Source: a candidate division FCPU426 bacterium
GTDB taxonomy: Bacteria > Oederibacteriota > Muellerivitia > Muellerivitales > Muellerivitaceae
Reading direction: 5' to 3'
Length of the DNA stretch: 64,000 nt
Assembly (NCBI GenBank): GCA_963719085.1
Contig: CAVRAL010000001.1
Span: 352,378 to 416,377, forward strand
This document shows positions 1 to 9,397 of this stretch, in pieces (position 1 is the stretch's first letter; every line of letters starts with the position of its first letter). Below the pieces are notes generated by a model that saw only the letters and a list, made by a program, of their open reading frames with translations, was not told the DNA's origin and searched no databases. Position numbers and translations under genes: made by a program.

Positions 1-891
1 GATCTTACAAAGCAGGTCCTTACAAAAGGCCTCGAGCTTTGCGGCGTCCTCGGGCCGGTCGTTCACGTCCTTTAAAAGGATGTATTCCAGGGTGATCGGC
101 AAGCGGCGCTTGTAGGTGAAGTCCCGCATCAGCTTGCGCAATTGGTCCAGCGGGTTGGAGCGGTTGACCGGCATCAGGCGGCTCCTGATTTCAGGGTCGG
201 CGGAGTGCAGGGACACCGCCAGCGAAACGGGCCAGTCATCTTTAATGAAGCGTTTGAGGTTTTCCAAAAGCCCGGAGGTGGAGACCGTGATGCGGCGGCG
301 GCCCAAGTTGAGGCCCTGGGGATCATTGAGGATGCGCATGGCCTTTTCGGTGGGTTCATAGTTATCCATGGGTTCGCCCATGCCCATGACCACCACGTTG
401 TTGAAATGGGTGCCCGAGTCTTTTTCCATTCCCAAAATCTGGCCTAAAATCTCGGCGGTGGTCAGGTTGCGGACGAATTTGGGGACTCCGGTGGCGCAAA
501 AGGTGCATTTCATCCGGCAGCCGGCCTGGGTGGACAGGCAAGCCGTGTGGCGGGTGGCCCGGCCGTCATCGTCCCGAGACATGGGGATGAGCACGCTTTC
601 CACGAGCGCGGTTTGTCCCTTGGCGTCCGGCGTAAGTTCCCAGAGGTATTTCGCCGTGCCGTCTTGGGAAACCTGTTTGGTGTGAAGCTTCAAGGGCGTG
701 AGGGAAGCGCCGGCGGCGAGTTTTTCCCGCACCGCGGCGGACAAGTCGGTCATCTCCTCAAAATGCTGGGCCCTTTTTTGATAAATCCATTGGAAGACCT
801 GTTTGGAGGTGTAACGGGGAACATCCCAGCCTTCAAAAAAAGCCGCGAGTTCGGGCTGCGTGAAATTGTGAAGATGGACCAATTCGGGCAA
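1..891 (-). CDS. rlmN: 23S rRNA/tRNA m2A methyltransferase RlmN (radical SAM), C-terminally truncated by window edge
   Basis: Reverse-complement translation from TTG at 891 (SD AAGGAGG at 900-906) gives LPELVHLHNFTQPELAAFFEGWDVPRYTSKQVFQWIYQKRAQHFEEMTDLS ... CRMKCTFCATG (CxxxCxxC radical-SAM motif) ... runs off position 1. Not in ORF track because it has no stop in window. Confidence 0.85.
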   Translation of the reverse strand, partial: MPELVHLHNFTQPELAAFFEGWDVPRYTSKQVFQWIYQKRAQHFEEMTDLSAAVREKLAAGASLTPLKLHTKQVSQDGTAKYLWELTPDAKGQTALVESVLIPMSRDDDGRATRHTACLSTQAGCRMKCTFCATGVPKFVRNLTTAEILGQILGMEKDSGTHFNNVVVMGMGEPMDNYEPTEKAMRILNDPQGLNLGRRRITVSTSGLLENLKRFIKDDWPVSLAVSLHSADPEIRSRLMPVNRSNPLDQLRKLMRDFTYKRRLPITLEYILLKDVNDRPEDAAKLEAFCKDLLCKI

Positions 892-1069
892 GCGGATGTC
901 CTCCTTTTAAAGTGAGCGTAATTTTAAGACGAGAATCCGTAAATAGAAAGCGCCGCCTCGGGTCTTTTAAACCCGGCCAAACAAAACTTGCCAAACCCGG
1001 AGGCAGGTTGTTAAATACCAGGGATTTTGGCCCTGGTGGCCCCACCCTTACCCCATCAAAGGAAACCTC

Positions 1070-1945
1070 ATGCCGAACCTATTGAAGCTTGGATTGCCCA
1101 AAGGAAGCCTTCAGGAATCCACTTTCCATCTTTTTTCCAAAGCCGGTTATAAAATCTCCTCCACTTCCCGGTCCTATTTCCCCAATATCGACGATGCCGA
1201 GATCAAGGCCATGCTGATCCGCGCCCAGGAAATGAGCCGTTACGTCGAGGACGGCACCTTGGATGTGGGCATGACGGGCCGGGACTGGGTCCAAGAAAAC
1301 GGATCCGACGTGGTCGAGATCGCGGAGCTTATTTACGCCAAGCAGGGCCTTCGGCCCGTGCGTTGGGTTTTGGCCGCGCCGGCGGGCTCCGCCATCAAGT
1401 CGGTCAAGGATTTACAAGGCAAAAAGATCGCCACCGAACTGGTGAATGTCTCGAAGGCCTACCTGAAAAAGAACGGGGTCGCGGCCAATGTGGAATTTTC
1501 CTGGGGAGCCACCGAGGCCAAGCCGCCGGAGCTGGCGGACGCCATCATCGAGGTCACCGAAACCGGATCCTCTTTGCGGGCCAACAACCTGGTGATTTTG
1601 GAAACCATCATGGAATCCAACACGGTTGTGATCGTGAATAAGTCGGCTTGGGAAGACCCTTGGAAGAAAAAGAAAATCCAGGATATGGTCCTGATGCTCA
1701 AGGGCGCTTTGGCGGCGGAAGAGAAGGTGGGGCTTAAAATGAACGTGCCGCGCAAGAGCCTGGAGGCGGTTTTGAAGGTTTTGCCCGCGCTGAATTCGCC
1801 CACCATCATGGAGTTGAACGATAAAGACTGGGTGGACGTGGATACGATCGTCGACGAGAAAATCGTCCGTCAAATCGCCCCGAAGCTAAAAGATGCTGGC
1901 GCCGAGGGGATTGTGGAGTATCCTTTAAATAAAGTGATTCCCTGA
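1070..1945 (+). CDS. hisG: ATP phosphoribosyltransferase, long form (with C-terminal regulatory domain)
   Basis: 291 aa; typical HisG N-terminus [16 protein letters not shown]...; length fits long-form HisG. Confidence 0.9.
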   Translation: MPNLLKLGLPKGSLQESTFHLFSKAGYKISSTSRSYFPNIDDAEIKAMLIRAQEMSRYVEDGTLDVGMTGRDWVQENGSDVVEIAELIYAKQGLRPVRWVLAAPAGSAIKSVKDLQGKKIATELVNVSKAYLKKNGVAANVEFSWGATEAKPPELADAIIEVTETGSSLRANNLVILETIMESNTVVIVNKSAWEDPWKKKKIQDMVLMLKGALAAEEKVGLKMNVPRKSLEAVLKVLPALNSPTIMELNDKDWVDVDTIVDEKIVRQIAPKLKDAGAEGIVEYPLNKVIP

Positions 1946-1961
1946 CCAAAGCGAAAGACCT

Positions 1962-2462
1962 ATGCCGAGTCCTTCCGATCTAAATAAAGAAGCCGTCGAA
2001 CTTTACCGGGCCCAAGATTTCAGCGGCGCCGAGGAACTTTATCGGGAAGCGCTGAAACAGGACGCTTCCTATTTTCCCTCCCAGTTAAACCTTGGCATCC
2101 TTCTTTTTAAATCCGGCCGTTATGACGAGGCGATTAAAGAGTGCACCAAAGCCGTTTCCTTAAAATCCGACAACCCTTCCGCCCATTTCCATTTGGGCAA
2201 CGCCTATTACGCCAAGATGTGGTGGGAAGAGGCGTTGGTGGAGTATGAGCGGGTTTTCACCTTGGATCCCCAGCATATTGACGTTCATTTCGCGCTGGGC
2301 GGCATTTATCTCAACCGCGGCCATAAAGAAAAAGCCGTGGAATGCTGGCAAAAATATTTGGCCATCGCTCCCACGGACTCCCCCAAGGCCAAGCTGGCCG
2401 AGGAATACGTGAAGGGCGCCGTCGCCAACCAGGTCCACATCGGAAAGTACATCGCCGAATAA
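1962..2462 (+). CDS. TPR repeat protein
   Basis: 166 aa with repeated W-LG-Y / A-F-G TPR-like 34-mers; 17 nt after hisG stop, likely co-transcribed. Confidence 0.7.
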   Translation: MPSPSDLNKEAVELYRAQDFSGAEELYREALKQDASYFPSQLNLGILLFKSGRYDEAIKECTKAVSLKSDNPSAHFHLGNAYYAKMWWEEALVEYERVFTLDPQHIDVHFALGGIYLNRGHKEKAVECWQKYLAIAPTDSPKAKLAEEYVKGAVANQVHIGKYIAE

Positions 2463-2471
2463 GCTGGTCTC

Positions 2472-2659
2472 CACCAAAACCAACTGCTCACGCAAAGACG
2501 CTAAGACGCCAAGGAAACATTGAGAATTAAATGATTTTTTGAGAGTCTATTCTTGTTGTTGGCGGCTTAGCCGTTTTGAAAACCGTCTCTTTCATTCTGC
2601 TTAAAAGATTTGCCTTCCTTTGCGTCTTAGCGTCTTTGTGTGAGCGGTTTGTGTTGGTT
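2472..2659 (+). repeat. family-A octamer-arm inverted-repeat element, copy A1 (long ~45-bp arms, ~100-nt loop)
   Basis: Left CACCAAAACCAACTGCTCACGCAAAGACGCTAAGACGCCAAGGAA; right CCTTCCTTTGCGTCTTAGCGTCTTTGTGTGAGCGGTTTGTGTTGG (near-perfect reverse complement); upstream of GT2 gene. Confidence 0.75.
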
Positions 2660-2746
2660 AAGTTTTTCGAGTAGCCGGGTTGCTTTTCCCCTTCGGTTTT
2701 CTTAAGTTCACAAGGATTTAACACTCTTCATTCCCTCAGGAGCCTT

Positions 2747-3451
2747 ATGCGGTTCGCGGTGATCTTGCCGGTTTATAACGAGGAAGCGACCCTCGAAAAA
2801 GTCCTCAAACAAGTCTTCGAATATAAAGAAGCCGACGTGGTGGTAGTGGACGACGGTTCGGTGGACCGCACCCCCAAAATCCTCAAAAGTCTTCCGGTCA
2901 AGGCGGTGATCCGCCATCCCCAAAATCTTGGCTACGGCCAGACCCTGATCGACGGTTTCCGATTCGCGATCGAAAATAATTACCAACATTGCGTCACCAT
3001 GGACGCGGATGACCAGCATGAGCCGGGGTTTATCAGCTGCTTTCTGGAGAAGCTGGACAAATTCGACATCGTTTCGGGCAGCCGCTATTTGGACCCCTTG
3101 CTGGCGGGGGACCATCCTCCGGCGGACCGTTTGGAGGTGAACCGCCTGGTCACCCAGAAGGTGCGGGAGCTGACCGGCTATCCCTTGACGGATAGTTTTT
3201 GCGGTTTTAAGGGCTACCGGGTGGAAGGTTTGAAAAAGATGAAGCTCACCGAGACCAATTATGGGTTTCCCCTGCAGGTTTGGATGCAGGCCGCCCGGCT
3301 GGGGTTGAAAGTCACCGAGTGTGCCGTGCCCCTCATTTACCTGGATCCCAAGCGGAATTTTAATAATCAATTCACGGGCCAAGACGAGCGTTTAAAGCAC
3401 TATTTCGCTGTATTGGAACGTGAAAAAAAGTTATGGGACCAAAACGCTTAA
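2747..3451 (+). CDS. family 2 glycosyltransferase (polyprenol-phosphate sugar synthase / Dpm1-like)
   Basis: N-terminal ILPVYNEE...VVVDDGSVDRT GT2 signature, DXD-like DADDQ; SD CAGGAG upstream. Confidence 0.8.
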   Translation: MRFAVILPVYNEEATLEKVLKQVFEYKEADVVVVDDGSVDRTPKILKSLPVKAVIRHPQNLGYGQTLIDGFRFAIENNYQHCVTMDADDQHEPGFISCFLEKLDKFDIVSGSRYLDPLLAGDHPPADRLEVNRLVTQKVRELTGYPLTDSFCGFKGYRVEGLKKMKLTETNYGFPLQVWMQAARLGLKVTECAVPLIYLDPKRNFNNQFTGQDERLKHYFAVLEREKKLWDQNA

Positions 3452-3543
3452 CCCTTCCCGGCATTTTCAGAGTTTTTTAATCGGCCGATTCCGTTATCAT
3501 CTGAAGGTTGCCTTGAAACGTTTTTTCGTTCCCATTTCAGGAG

Positions 3544-5136
3544 GTGGTCATGGCCGATTCCGCGAACCCCGTTCCTCTGCGCCACGGCGAGTTTTATTTT
3601 GAGCCGGCCTTGGGACAGTGGAAGGACCAGATCCTCCGGAATCGCGAGCGGCTTTCCAAGGAAACCTTTTGGGGCCAGAGCCCCTTGAAGGTCCGCGCCG
3701 CGATGAAGATTCCCGCCGACCGTCCCGTTGTCATGACCGGCCATCAGCCGGTTTTTTTCCATCCCGGCCTTTGGGCGAAAAGCCTGGCGGCCAGCGTGAT
3801 GGCCCAAGCGGTGGGCGGGGTGGCTTGCCAAAAATTAACCGATACGGCCATGCCCTTGGAGACCCTGCATTACCTTCCTGAGGTGGAAGAGGGCGGCCAA
3901 TCCCGCCGCCGGCCCCTTGAGTTTTTCACCTCCAAAGAAGGCCAAGAGCTGGTGAAAACAATGCCTTACGCTTTTTTAGGCGTTCCGGAAAAGGCGGCCC
4001 TTCAAAAAATATTGGAGGAAGGCAAGCTCAACGCCCCCGCGGACGTCCGGGAAAACCTGAAATTTTACGAGGACCGGCTGATGGCGGGGCTTCGGGAATG
4101 TAAAACTTGGGACGAGTATCATATTTACACCCTGCGGATTCTGGATGAGCTTTCCGGAACCCAGCGGCTTTATTTCCAGGGAAGCAAATTTTGGAGTATG
4201 GAGCCCTTCCAGGAATTCGTCGCCTATTGGCTGATGAACCTGCCGGCCATGACGGACGCCTATAACCACTCGCTGATCGAATACCGGGCCCAGCACCAGA
4301 TCAAACATGAACTGACGCCCTTGCCCAACTTGAAGTTCGAGGATTGGTGGTTCGAGCTTCCTTTCTGGGGCCTGAACAAATATCACCAGCGCCATTCGCT
4401 TTGGGCCAAGACCGACGGGGACCGCATGATCCTTCGCATGAAGGGAAGCGACGGCAATTATTCCATCTCTACCAAGGATTTTGTACGCGAACTCAAGGCC
4501 CTGCCCATCCAGTTTTGGCCCAAGGCCCTGACCCAAACGCTTTTTTGCCGGCTTTATCTTTGCGATTATTTCATCCATGGGGTGGGCGGCGGGATTTACG
4601 AGCAGGTGAACAACCTCTTATGGGAAAAGGTCTTCAAGTCGAAGGCGGCCGAGTTGGGCGTGGTGACCGCCACCTGGCGGGTCGATCCGGCCCAGAGCGC
4701 CAAGATCGACGAGATTGTCCGGCACGAGGAACGAATCCTTTTTTGGGAAAGGGCGCTGGCCAAAAATCCCGAGTATCTATTCACCCGGGCGGAAGCTTGG
4801 GAAAAGGAACTGCCCGAGTTCATCCGGAAAGAATTTGCCCTGGCTTTCGAGAATCCGGTTTTGAAAAACCTGGCGGTGGAAAAAACCCAGTGCGTGGAAA
4901 ACCTCAAGGATCCCAATAAAAAAGCCGCCGCGTCCAAACGCATCGGGGAGATCAACAAGCTCTTAAGCGACAATACCACCGCGGTTTTGAAGGCTTTGGA
5001 AAAGGGCCTGATGGATATTGAGAAACTTAAAAAAGTCCAGGAAACGATTTCGTTCCGGGAATATCCTTTCTTCGTCCACTCGCCGAAGATTTTCCCCGAG
5101 ATGAAAAGGATGATTGAGGAAGGCATGAAGCTTTAA
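3544..5136 (+). CDS. 530-aa cytoplasmic hypothetical protein, possibly BshC-like (putative cysteine ligase family)
   Basis: Long clean ORF with SD GGAGGTGG; segment VVMTGHQPVFFHPGLWAKSLAA resembles the conserved GGQQ-GLxxGPLYxxxK region and size (~540 aa) of BshC; product call is weak. Confidence 0.55.
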   Translation: MVMADSANPVPLRHGEFYFEPALGQWKDQILRNRERLSKETFWGQSPLKVRAAMKIPADRPVVMTGHQPVFFHPGLWAKSLAASVMAQAVGGVACQKLTDTAMPLETLHYLPEVEEGGQSRRRPLEFFTSKEGQELVKTMPYAFLGVPEKAALQKILEEGKLNAPADVRENLKFYEDRLMAGLRECKTWDEYHIYTLRILDELSGTQRLYFQGSKFWSMEPFQEFVAYWLMNLPAMTDAYNHSLIEYRAQHQIKHELTPLPNLKFEDWWFELPFWGLNKYHQRHSLWAKTDGDRMILRMKGSDGNYSISTKDFVRELKALPIQFWPKALTQTLFCRLYLCDYFIHGVGGGIYEQVNNLLWEKVFKSKAAELGVVTATWRVDPAQSAKIDEIVRHEERILFWERALAKNPEYLFTRAEAWEKELPEFIRKEFALAFENPVLKNLAVEKTQCVENLKDPNKKAAASKRIGEINKLLSDNTTAVLKALEKGLMDIEKLKKVQETISFREYPFFVHSPKIFPEMKRMIEEGMKL

Positions 5137-5165
5137 TCGATATGCTAAAGAAAAACTGAATTTTA

Positions 5166-5250
5166 CAATGATGAACGCAGATGAAAACAGATTTTCAAAA
5201 AATTAAGGCTTATCTATTTTCATCAGCGTCCATCTGCGTTCATCATTGTT
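5166..5250 (+). repeat. family-D inverted repeat (ACAATGATGAACGCAGATG arms), copy D1
   Basis: CAATGATGAACGCAGATG ... CATCTGCGTTCATCATTG flanking 48-nt AT-rich loop. Confidence 0.7.
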
Positions 5251-5302
5251 CCAATAGTTGTTATTCTTGTTGCGGATTCTGATTTTTGTTAAAGGATTTT
5301 TT

Positions 5303-5752
5303 ATGGAACAACCAACCTTGCAAATTGAGATCCTGCCGGGCAATGAGGATTTGGGATTGCCCGCTTACGCCACCGAAGGCGCCGCCGGGCTTGACCTGAA
5401 GGCCGCTTTGAAAGAACCCCTGGTTTTGAAGGCGGGGGAGCGTACCATGGTCGCGACCGGTTTGAAGATGGCGATTCCCGTAGGGTTCGAGGGCTGTGTG
5501 CGGCCCCGCAGCGGTTTGGCCGCCAAGCACGGCGTGACGCTGACCAACTCGCCCGGCACGGTGGACGCTGATTACCGGGGCGAGGTGAAGGTGTTGCTCG
5601 TCAACTTAGGCAAGGAAGACGTGACCTTAAACCGGGGCGATCGGATCGCCCAAATGCTCATTACGCCGGTGGCCCACGCCAAGGTGGTCCAGGTGGCATC
5701 GCTCGATGAAACACTCCGGGGCGCCGGGGGATTTGGACACACGGGACGCTGA
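5303..5752 (+). CDS. dut: dUTP diphosphatase
   Basis: MEQPTLQIEILPGNEDLGLPAYATEGAAGLDLKAA...RSGLAAKHGV dUTPase motifs; start moved to ATG 5303 with SD AAGGA 7 nt upstream (track ORF begins upstream at 5258). Confidence 0.9.
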   Translation: MEQPTLQIEILPGNEDLGLPAYATEGAAGLDLKAALKEPLVLKAGERTMVATGLKMAIPVGFEGCVRPRSGLAAKHGVTLTNSPGTVDADYRGEVKVLLVNLGKEDVTLNRGDRIAQMLITPVAHAKVVQVASLDETLRGAGGFGHTGR

Positions 5753-5753
5753 A

Positions 5754-5853
5754 AACCCAAAACAAGTTTTGAATTTTGAGTTTTAAGTTTTGGCGTGTTT
5801 TTGTGCCATGGGCTCAAAAACGTCTTTAACTTAAAACCTAAAACTTAGAACTT
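5754..5853 (+). repeat. inverted-repeat hairpin with tandem AAGTTTTG-type 8-mer arms
   Basis: CAAGTTTTGAATTTTGAGTTTTAAGTTTTGG ... TTAACTTAAAACCTAAAACTTAGAACTTAAAACTTTTG; between dut and GH5, ends 20 nt before ATG 5873. Confidence 0.65.
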
Positions 5854-5872
5854 AAAACTTTTGTGAGGTCTT

Positions 5873-6925
5873 ATGCCTTTTCCATTGGTTCGGCCGGTCG
5901 GCTTTAATTTCGGCGGCTGGATTTCCCAATCCACATTGGAAGACTCCCATGTGGAAACCTTTCTGTCCGAAAAAGATTTCAAAACCGTGGCCCAATGGGG
6001 TTTCAACTCCGTGCGCCTTCCGGTGGATGGTCCGTGGCTTTTTGAGAACGGCGGTCAGGGGCCGCTATCCAAGAAAAAACTGGAAGTCTTGAAAACCATC
6101 CTCCGCTGGTCGGCGGAGGCCGGGCTTTTAACCGTGTTGGACCTGCACCAGGTGCCCTGGCATTCTTTCGCGAAACCTGAGATCGAGAATTTGTGGAAAA
6201 GCGAAAAGGACCTGGATTCTTTCCGCGGTCTTTGGGCCGAATTGACCCACGCTTTGAAGGGGTTTGAAGGCCCGCTTTGGTTTGACTTGCTCAACGAGCC
6301 GACCGCCCAATCACCCTTGGATTGGCGAAAACCCGCCAAGCTCTCTTATGAGACGGTCCATCGGGAAGACCCGAACCGGATCATCGTTTTAGAATCCACC
6401 CGTTGGGGTTCGGTCCAAACGATTGAGGATTTGGCCCAGGCCGTGCAGGGACCCCAATTGGTCCATAGTTTTCATTTTTATGAGCCCATGTGCGTGACCC
6501 ATCAAAGGGCGCCTTGGTGGAAGGAAGGCCATCCTTATAAGGAGACCGTTCTTTATCCGGGACCCATTCCCAAAGCGAAAGACTACTTGGCGGGAGAACT
6601 TCCGGCGGATACCCGCAAAAGGCTGGAGTTTGAGGGTTCGCTCGAATGGAATAAGGACGCCCTGCGGGAGTTGTTGAAGCCGGTGGAAAAATTAGTGAAA
6701 CAGGGTTTCACCCTTTATTGCGGGGAATTTGGGGTTTTCGAACAGGCGCCCCGGTCTTCCCGGCTGAATTGGATGGCGGACGTGGTTGAGATTTTTGGCC
6801 AATTGGGGGTAGGTTGGGCCTATTGGAACTATAAGTGGCTTGATTTTGGCATCTGGCCCAAGCAAAGTGGGCGGACGGGCCCGCTGGATCAAGAAATGTT
6901 GTCGATTCTTCAAAAGGGGATTTAA
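5873..6925 (+). CDS. glycoside hydrolase family 5 (cellulase-like), no signal peptide
   Basis: (beta/alpha)8 GH5 hallmarks incl. catalytic NEP (FDLLNEPT) and C-terminal GEFG nucleophile region. Confidence 0.75.
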   Translation: MPFPLVRPVGFNFGGWISQSTLEDSHVETFLSEKDFKTVAQWGFNSVRLPVDGPWLFENGGQGPLSKKKLEVLKTILRWSAEAGLLTVLDLHQVPWHSFAKPEIENLWKSEKDLDSFRGLWAELTHALKGFEGPLWFDLLNEPTAQSPLDWRKPAKLSYETVHREDPNRIIVLESTRWGSVQTIEDLAQAVQGPQLVHSFHFYEPMCVTHQRAPWWKEGHPYKETVLYPGPIPKAKDYLAGELPADTRKRLEFEGSLEWNKDALRELLKPVEKLVKQGFTLYCGEFGVFEQAPRSSRLNWMADVVEIFGQLGVGWAYWNYKWLDFGIWPKQSGRTGPLDQEMLSILQKGI

Positions 6926-6928
6926 CGA

Positions 6929-9238
6929 ATGAAAAAGAAGCGGTTGGCGGAGGGCGTTTGGCTGGCCTTGGGGCTGGCGGGGCTCCTGGCGGGTTGCGGC
7001 GGCAATCGCTCGATGGTCCAAAACCAACCCGCGCCCGCCCCATCGCCCATTGTGGCCGCCCCCGCGGCGGCGGCTCCGGTGCCGGCGTCCGCGAACGCCG
7101 AGGTGAACCAGCCGGTGGCGGACCCAGACTACCAGCAAGCGGTGACCGACGCCAATGGCGCCACGGTGAGCTGGCGCAATATGGCCGACTATTACACCGT
7201 GGCCCAATATCAGTATAACCACTCGGATTGGGCGGACTCGCTGAAGACCTATCAAAGGATTTTGACCGAACTCAGCGCTTCCCCCAAATTAGACCGGGCC
7301 CAGTACATGGTGGGGCAGGTTTATTTCCAGATGAAGAATAACCTGTCGTCGCTTTCGGCTTTCCAGAACGTCCTTCAAAATTATCCGAGTTCGTCTTACG
7401 CGGATCCGAGCCGCCAAATGATGGAATACATGATCCAATATTCCTTGAGCCTGGATGAGCTGAAAAGGTTCGAGGCCAATTATCCGGGGTCGCCTTTAAA
7501 GTGCCCCACCTTGTTCCAATTGGGAAGCCGGGAAGCCCAAGCCGGCGACACCACGGACGCGGTGCAAACCCTGAACAGCTACCTTCAACAATGCCCCCAG
7601 GACGCTTCCGCTTCCTCCGCGCAGCTGCTGCTTCAGTCCATGCGGGACCAGCAAAAGGGCAAGACCTGGCGGCTGGGAGTCTTGGCGCCTTTAAGCGGAC
7701 GGTTTAAGGGATTCGGCCAATCTTTCGTCAATGGAATCACATTGGCTTTTGAGCAAGCGGGCCAAAGCGGCGTCCCCCATAAAATGACCCTGGCCGTGGT
7801 GCAGGACACGGGCGGCGACTCGCTCAAGGCCGTCAAATTATTCCAGCAAATGACCCAGGATGGATCGGTGGACGCCATCCTGGGCCCCGTGGTGAAGTCG
7901 GAAATCGACGCCGTGGCGCCCTTGGCCAACCAGCAAAAGATTTTACTTTTAGCCTCGACCTATCCGGTGGACGGACTCTCGGGAATCGGACCCTATATTT
8001 TCAGCAACAGCATGACCAACGAGATGCAGGGCCGGGCGATGGGCCACTACGCGGTGGAACATTTGGGGCTCAAGCGCTTCGGGCTGCTTTATCCCGACGA
8101 TGGCTACGGCCAGACGCTGTCGCAGGCGTTCAGCCAAACCGTGGAAGCCTTAGGCGCCACCGTGACGGCCCAGGATACCTATGAACCCAATTCCACCGAT
8201 TTCCAAAAACAAATCGCGGATTTGGGCGGACAAAACCCGGAAGCCGCCAAAGAAAACGACCGCGATAACCAGCGGAAGCTGGATGAGCTTCATTACAATT
8301 TAGGCAAAGAAATCCAAAAATTCCTTTTCAAGGCCCAGCAAGCCGATCCCACCAGTTCCACGGTGGCCTTTGTGGCGCCGGCGGAAGCCCTGGCCAATAC
8401 CCAAAGCCCTTCCATTCAAAAGGACGTCAACGCGGTTTTGCTCAATGACATCCAAGGTGCCAAGGGTTTCACCTTGCGCAGCGACGATTTGGTTCAGCAG
8501 GCTTTGACCCGGCTTCCGGTGGAATATCGGGGAACCACGCTTCCTGTCAGCGCGGACCAATGGGACGATGTGGCGGAAGACCTGCAGGCGTCCGTCATCG
8601 TCACGGGCCGGATTTTCGGAATGAATCCGCCGACCGACACCACCGATCCGACCTGGGACTATTCGCTGGAATTGGAAGCGTTTCAAACCGACCCGAAGAG
8701 CGGGCAGTTGACCAAGTTGGCCGGCGATAAATTGTCCTTCAGTGTTTTTAAACCCATCGGCCTGGTGCCGAATAGCTTGAAGTTTGACGCTTTATATATG
8801 CCCGCCCATTCGGTGGAGATTCCTTTGATCGCGTCCCAATTGCATTATTACAACTTGAGCCCAACGCTCTTGGGGGGGCATCTTTGGCTGAACGACAACT
8901 TGTTGCAGGATGATCCCAAGGATGTGGAAGGATCGTACTTTGTCACGGGCTTTTTCCCCGACAGCCAGCAGGGCACGACCAAGGATTTTGTGACCGCTTA
9001 TTTGCAGCGTTTCGCCGCCAAGCCCGATCTCGTGGCGGCGGAAGCTTATGACGCGGCCAAGCTCTTGATCAAGGCCGGAGACACGGCCGTCAGCTCGGAC
9101 GACCTGCGCAACCAATTGATGGCGATCAAGGATTTTGACGGCGTGGGCGGGCAAACTTCCTTCAACGGACACGCGGAAGCCGATAAACAAGTGCCGGTCA
9201 TCCAGATCAAGGACGGGAAGTACCAGCAGGTTCAATAA
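6929..9238 (+). CDS. LpoA-like lipoprotein: N-terminal TPR-like region + C-terminal type I periplasmic binding (LivK-like) fold
   Basis: Lipobox LLAGCGG; Pro/Ala-rich linker; TPR-like middle; LGVLAPLSGRFKGFGQSFVNGITLAFEQ typical of Peripla_BP_6/LpoA C-domain. Confidence 0.65.
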   Translation: MKKKRLAEGVWLALGLAGLLAGCGGNRSMVQNQPAPAPSPIVAAPAAAAPVPASANAEVNQPVADPDYQQAVTDANGATVSWRNMADYYTVAQYQYNHSDWADSLKTYQRILTELSASPKLDRAQYMVGQVYFQMKNNLSSLSAFQNVLQNYPSSSYADPSRQMMEYMIQYSLSLDELKRFEANYPGSPLKCPTLFQLGSREAQAGDTTDAVQTLNSYLQQCPQDASASSAQLLLQSMRDQQKGKTWRLGVLAPLSGRFKGFGQSFVNGITLAFEQAGQSGVPHKMTLAVVQDTGGDSLKAVKLFQQMTQDGSVDAILGPVVKSEIDAVAPLANQQKILLLASTYPVDGLSGIGPYIFSNSMTNEMQGRAMGHYAVEHLGLKRFGLLYPDDGYGQTLSQAFSQTVEALGATVTAQDTYEPNSTDFQKQIADLGGQNPEAAKENDRDNQRKLDELHYNLGKEIQKFLFKAQQADPTSSTVAFVAPAEALANTQSPSIQKDVNAVLLNDIQGAKGFTLRSDDLVQQALTRLPVEYRGTTLPVSADQWDDVAEDLQASVIVTGRIFGMNPPTDTTDPTWDYSLELEAFQTDPKSGQLTKLAGDKLSFSVFKPIGLVPNSLKFDALYMPAHSVEIPLIASQLHYYNLSPTLLGGHLWLNDNLLQDDPKDVEGSYFVTGFFPDSQQGTTKDFVTAYLQRFAAKPDLVAAEAYDAAKLLIKAGDTAVSSDDLRNQLMAIKDFDGVGGQTSFNGHAEADKQVPVIQIKDGKYQQVQ

Positions 9239-9261
9239 AGATAATTATCGAAAACCTATTT

Positions 9262-9356
9262 CACCACCAAGGCACCAAGACGCCAAGGACGGCTAAACTG
9301 AGGGTATTTAACCCAAATTATTTTTGCTTTCTTGGTGTCTTGGTGCCTTGGTGGTA
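9262..9356 (+). repeat. family-A element, copy A2
   Basis: TCACCACCAAGGCACCAAGACGCCAAGGACGGC ... GCTTTCTTGGTGTCTTGGTGCCTTGGTGGTAAAA; ends 42 nt before hisS GTG. Confidence 0.75.
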
Positions 9357-9397
9357 AAACATTCTGTGACTTTACCCATAATAAAAAGGTTTGAACC

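Noticed and set aside
9239-9397. T-box leader upstream of hisS/aspS
   Set aside because: No AGGGUGGNACCGCG T-box sequence or specifier-loop architecture; the region is occupied by family-A elements A2/A3.
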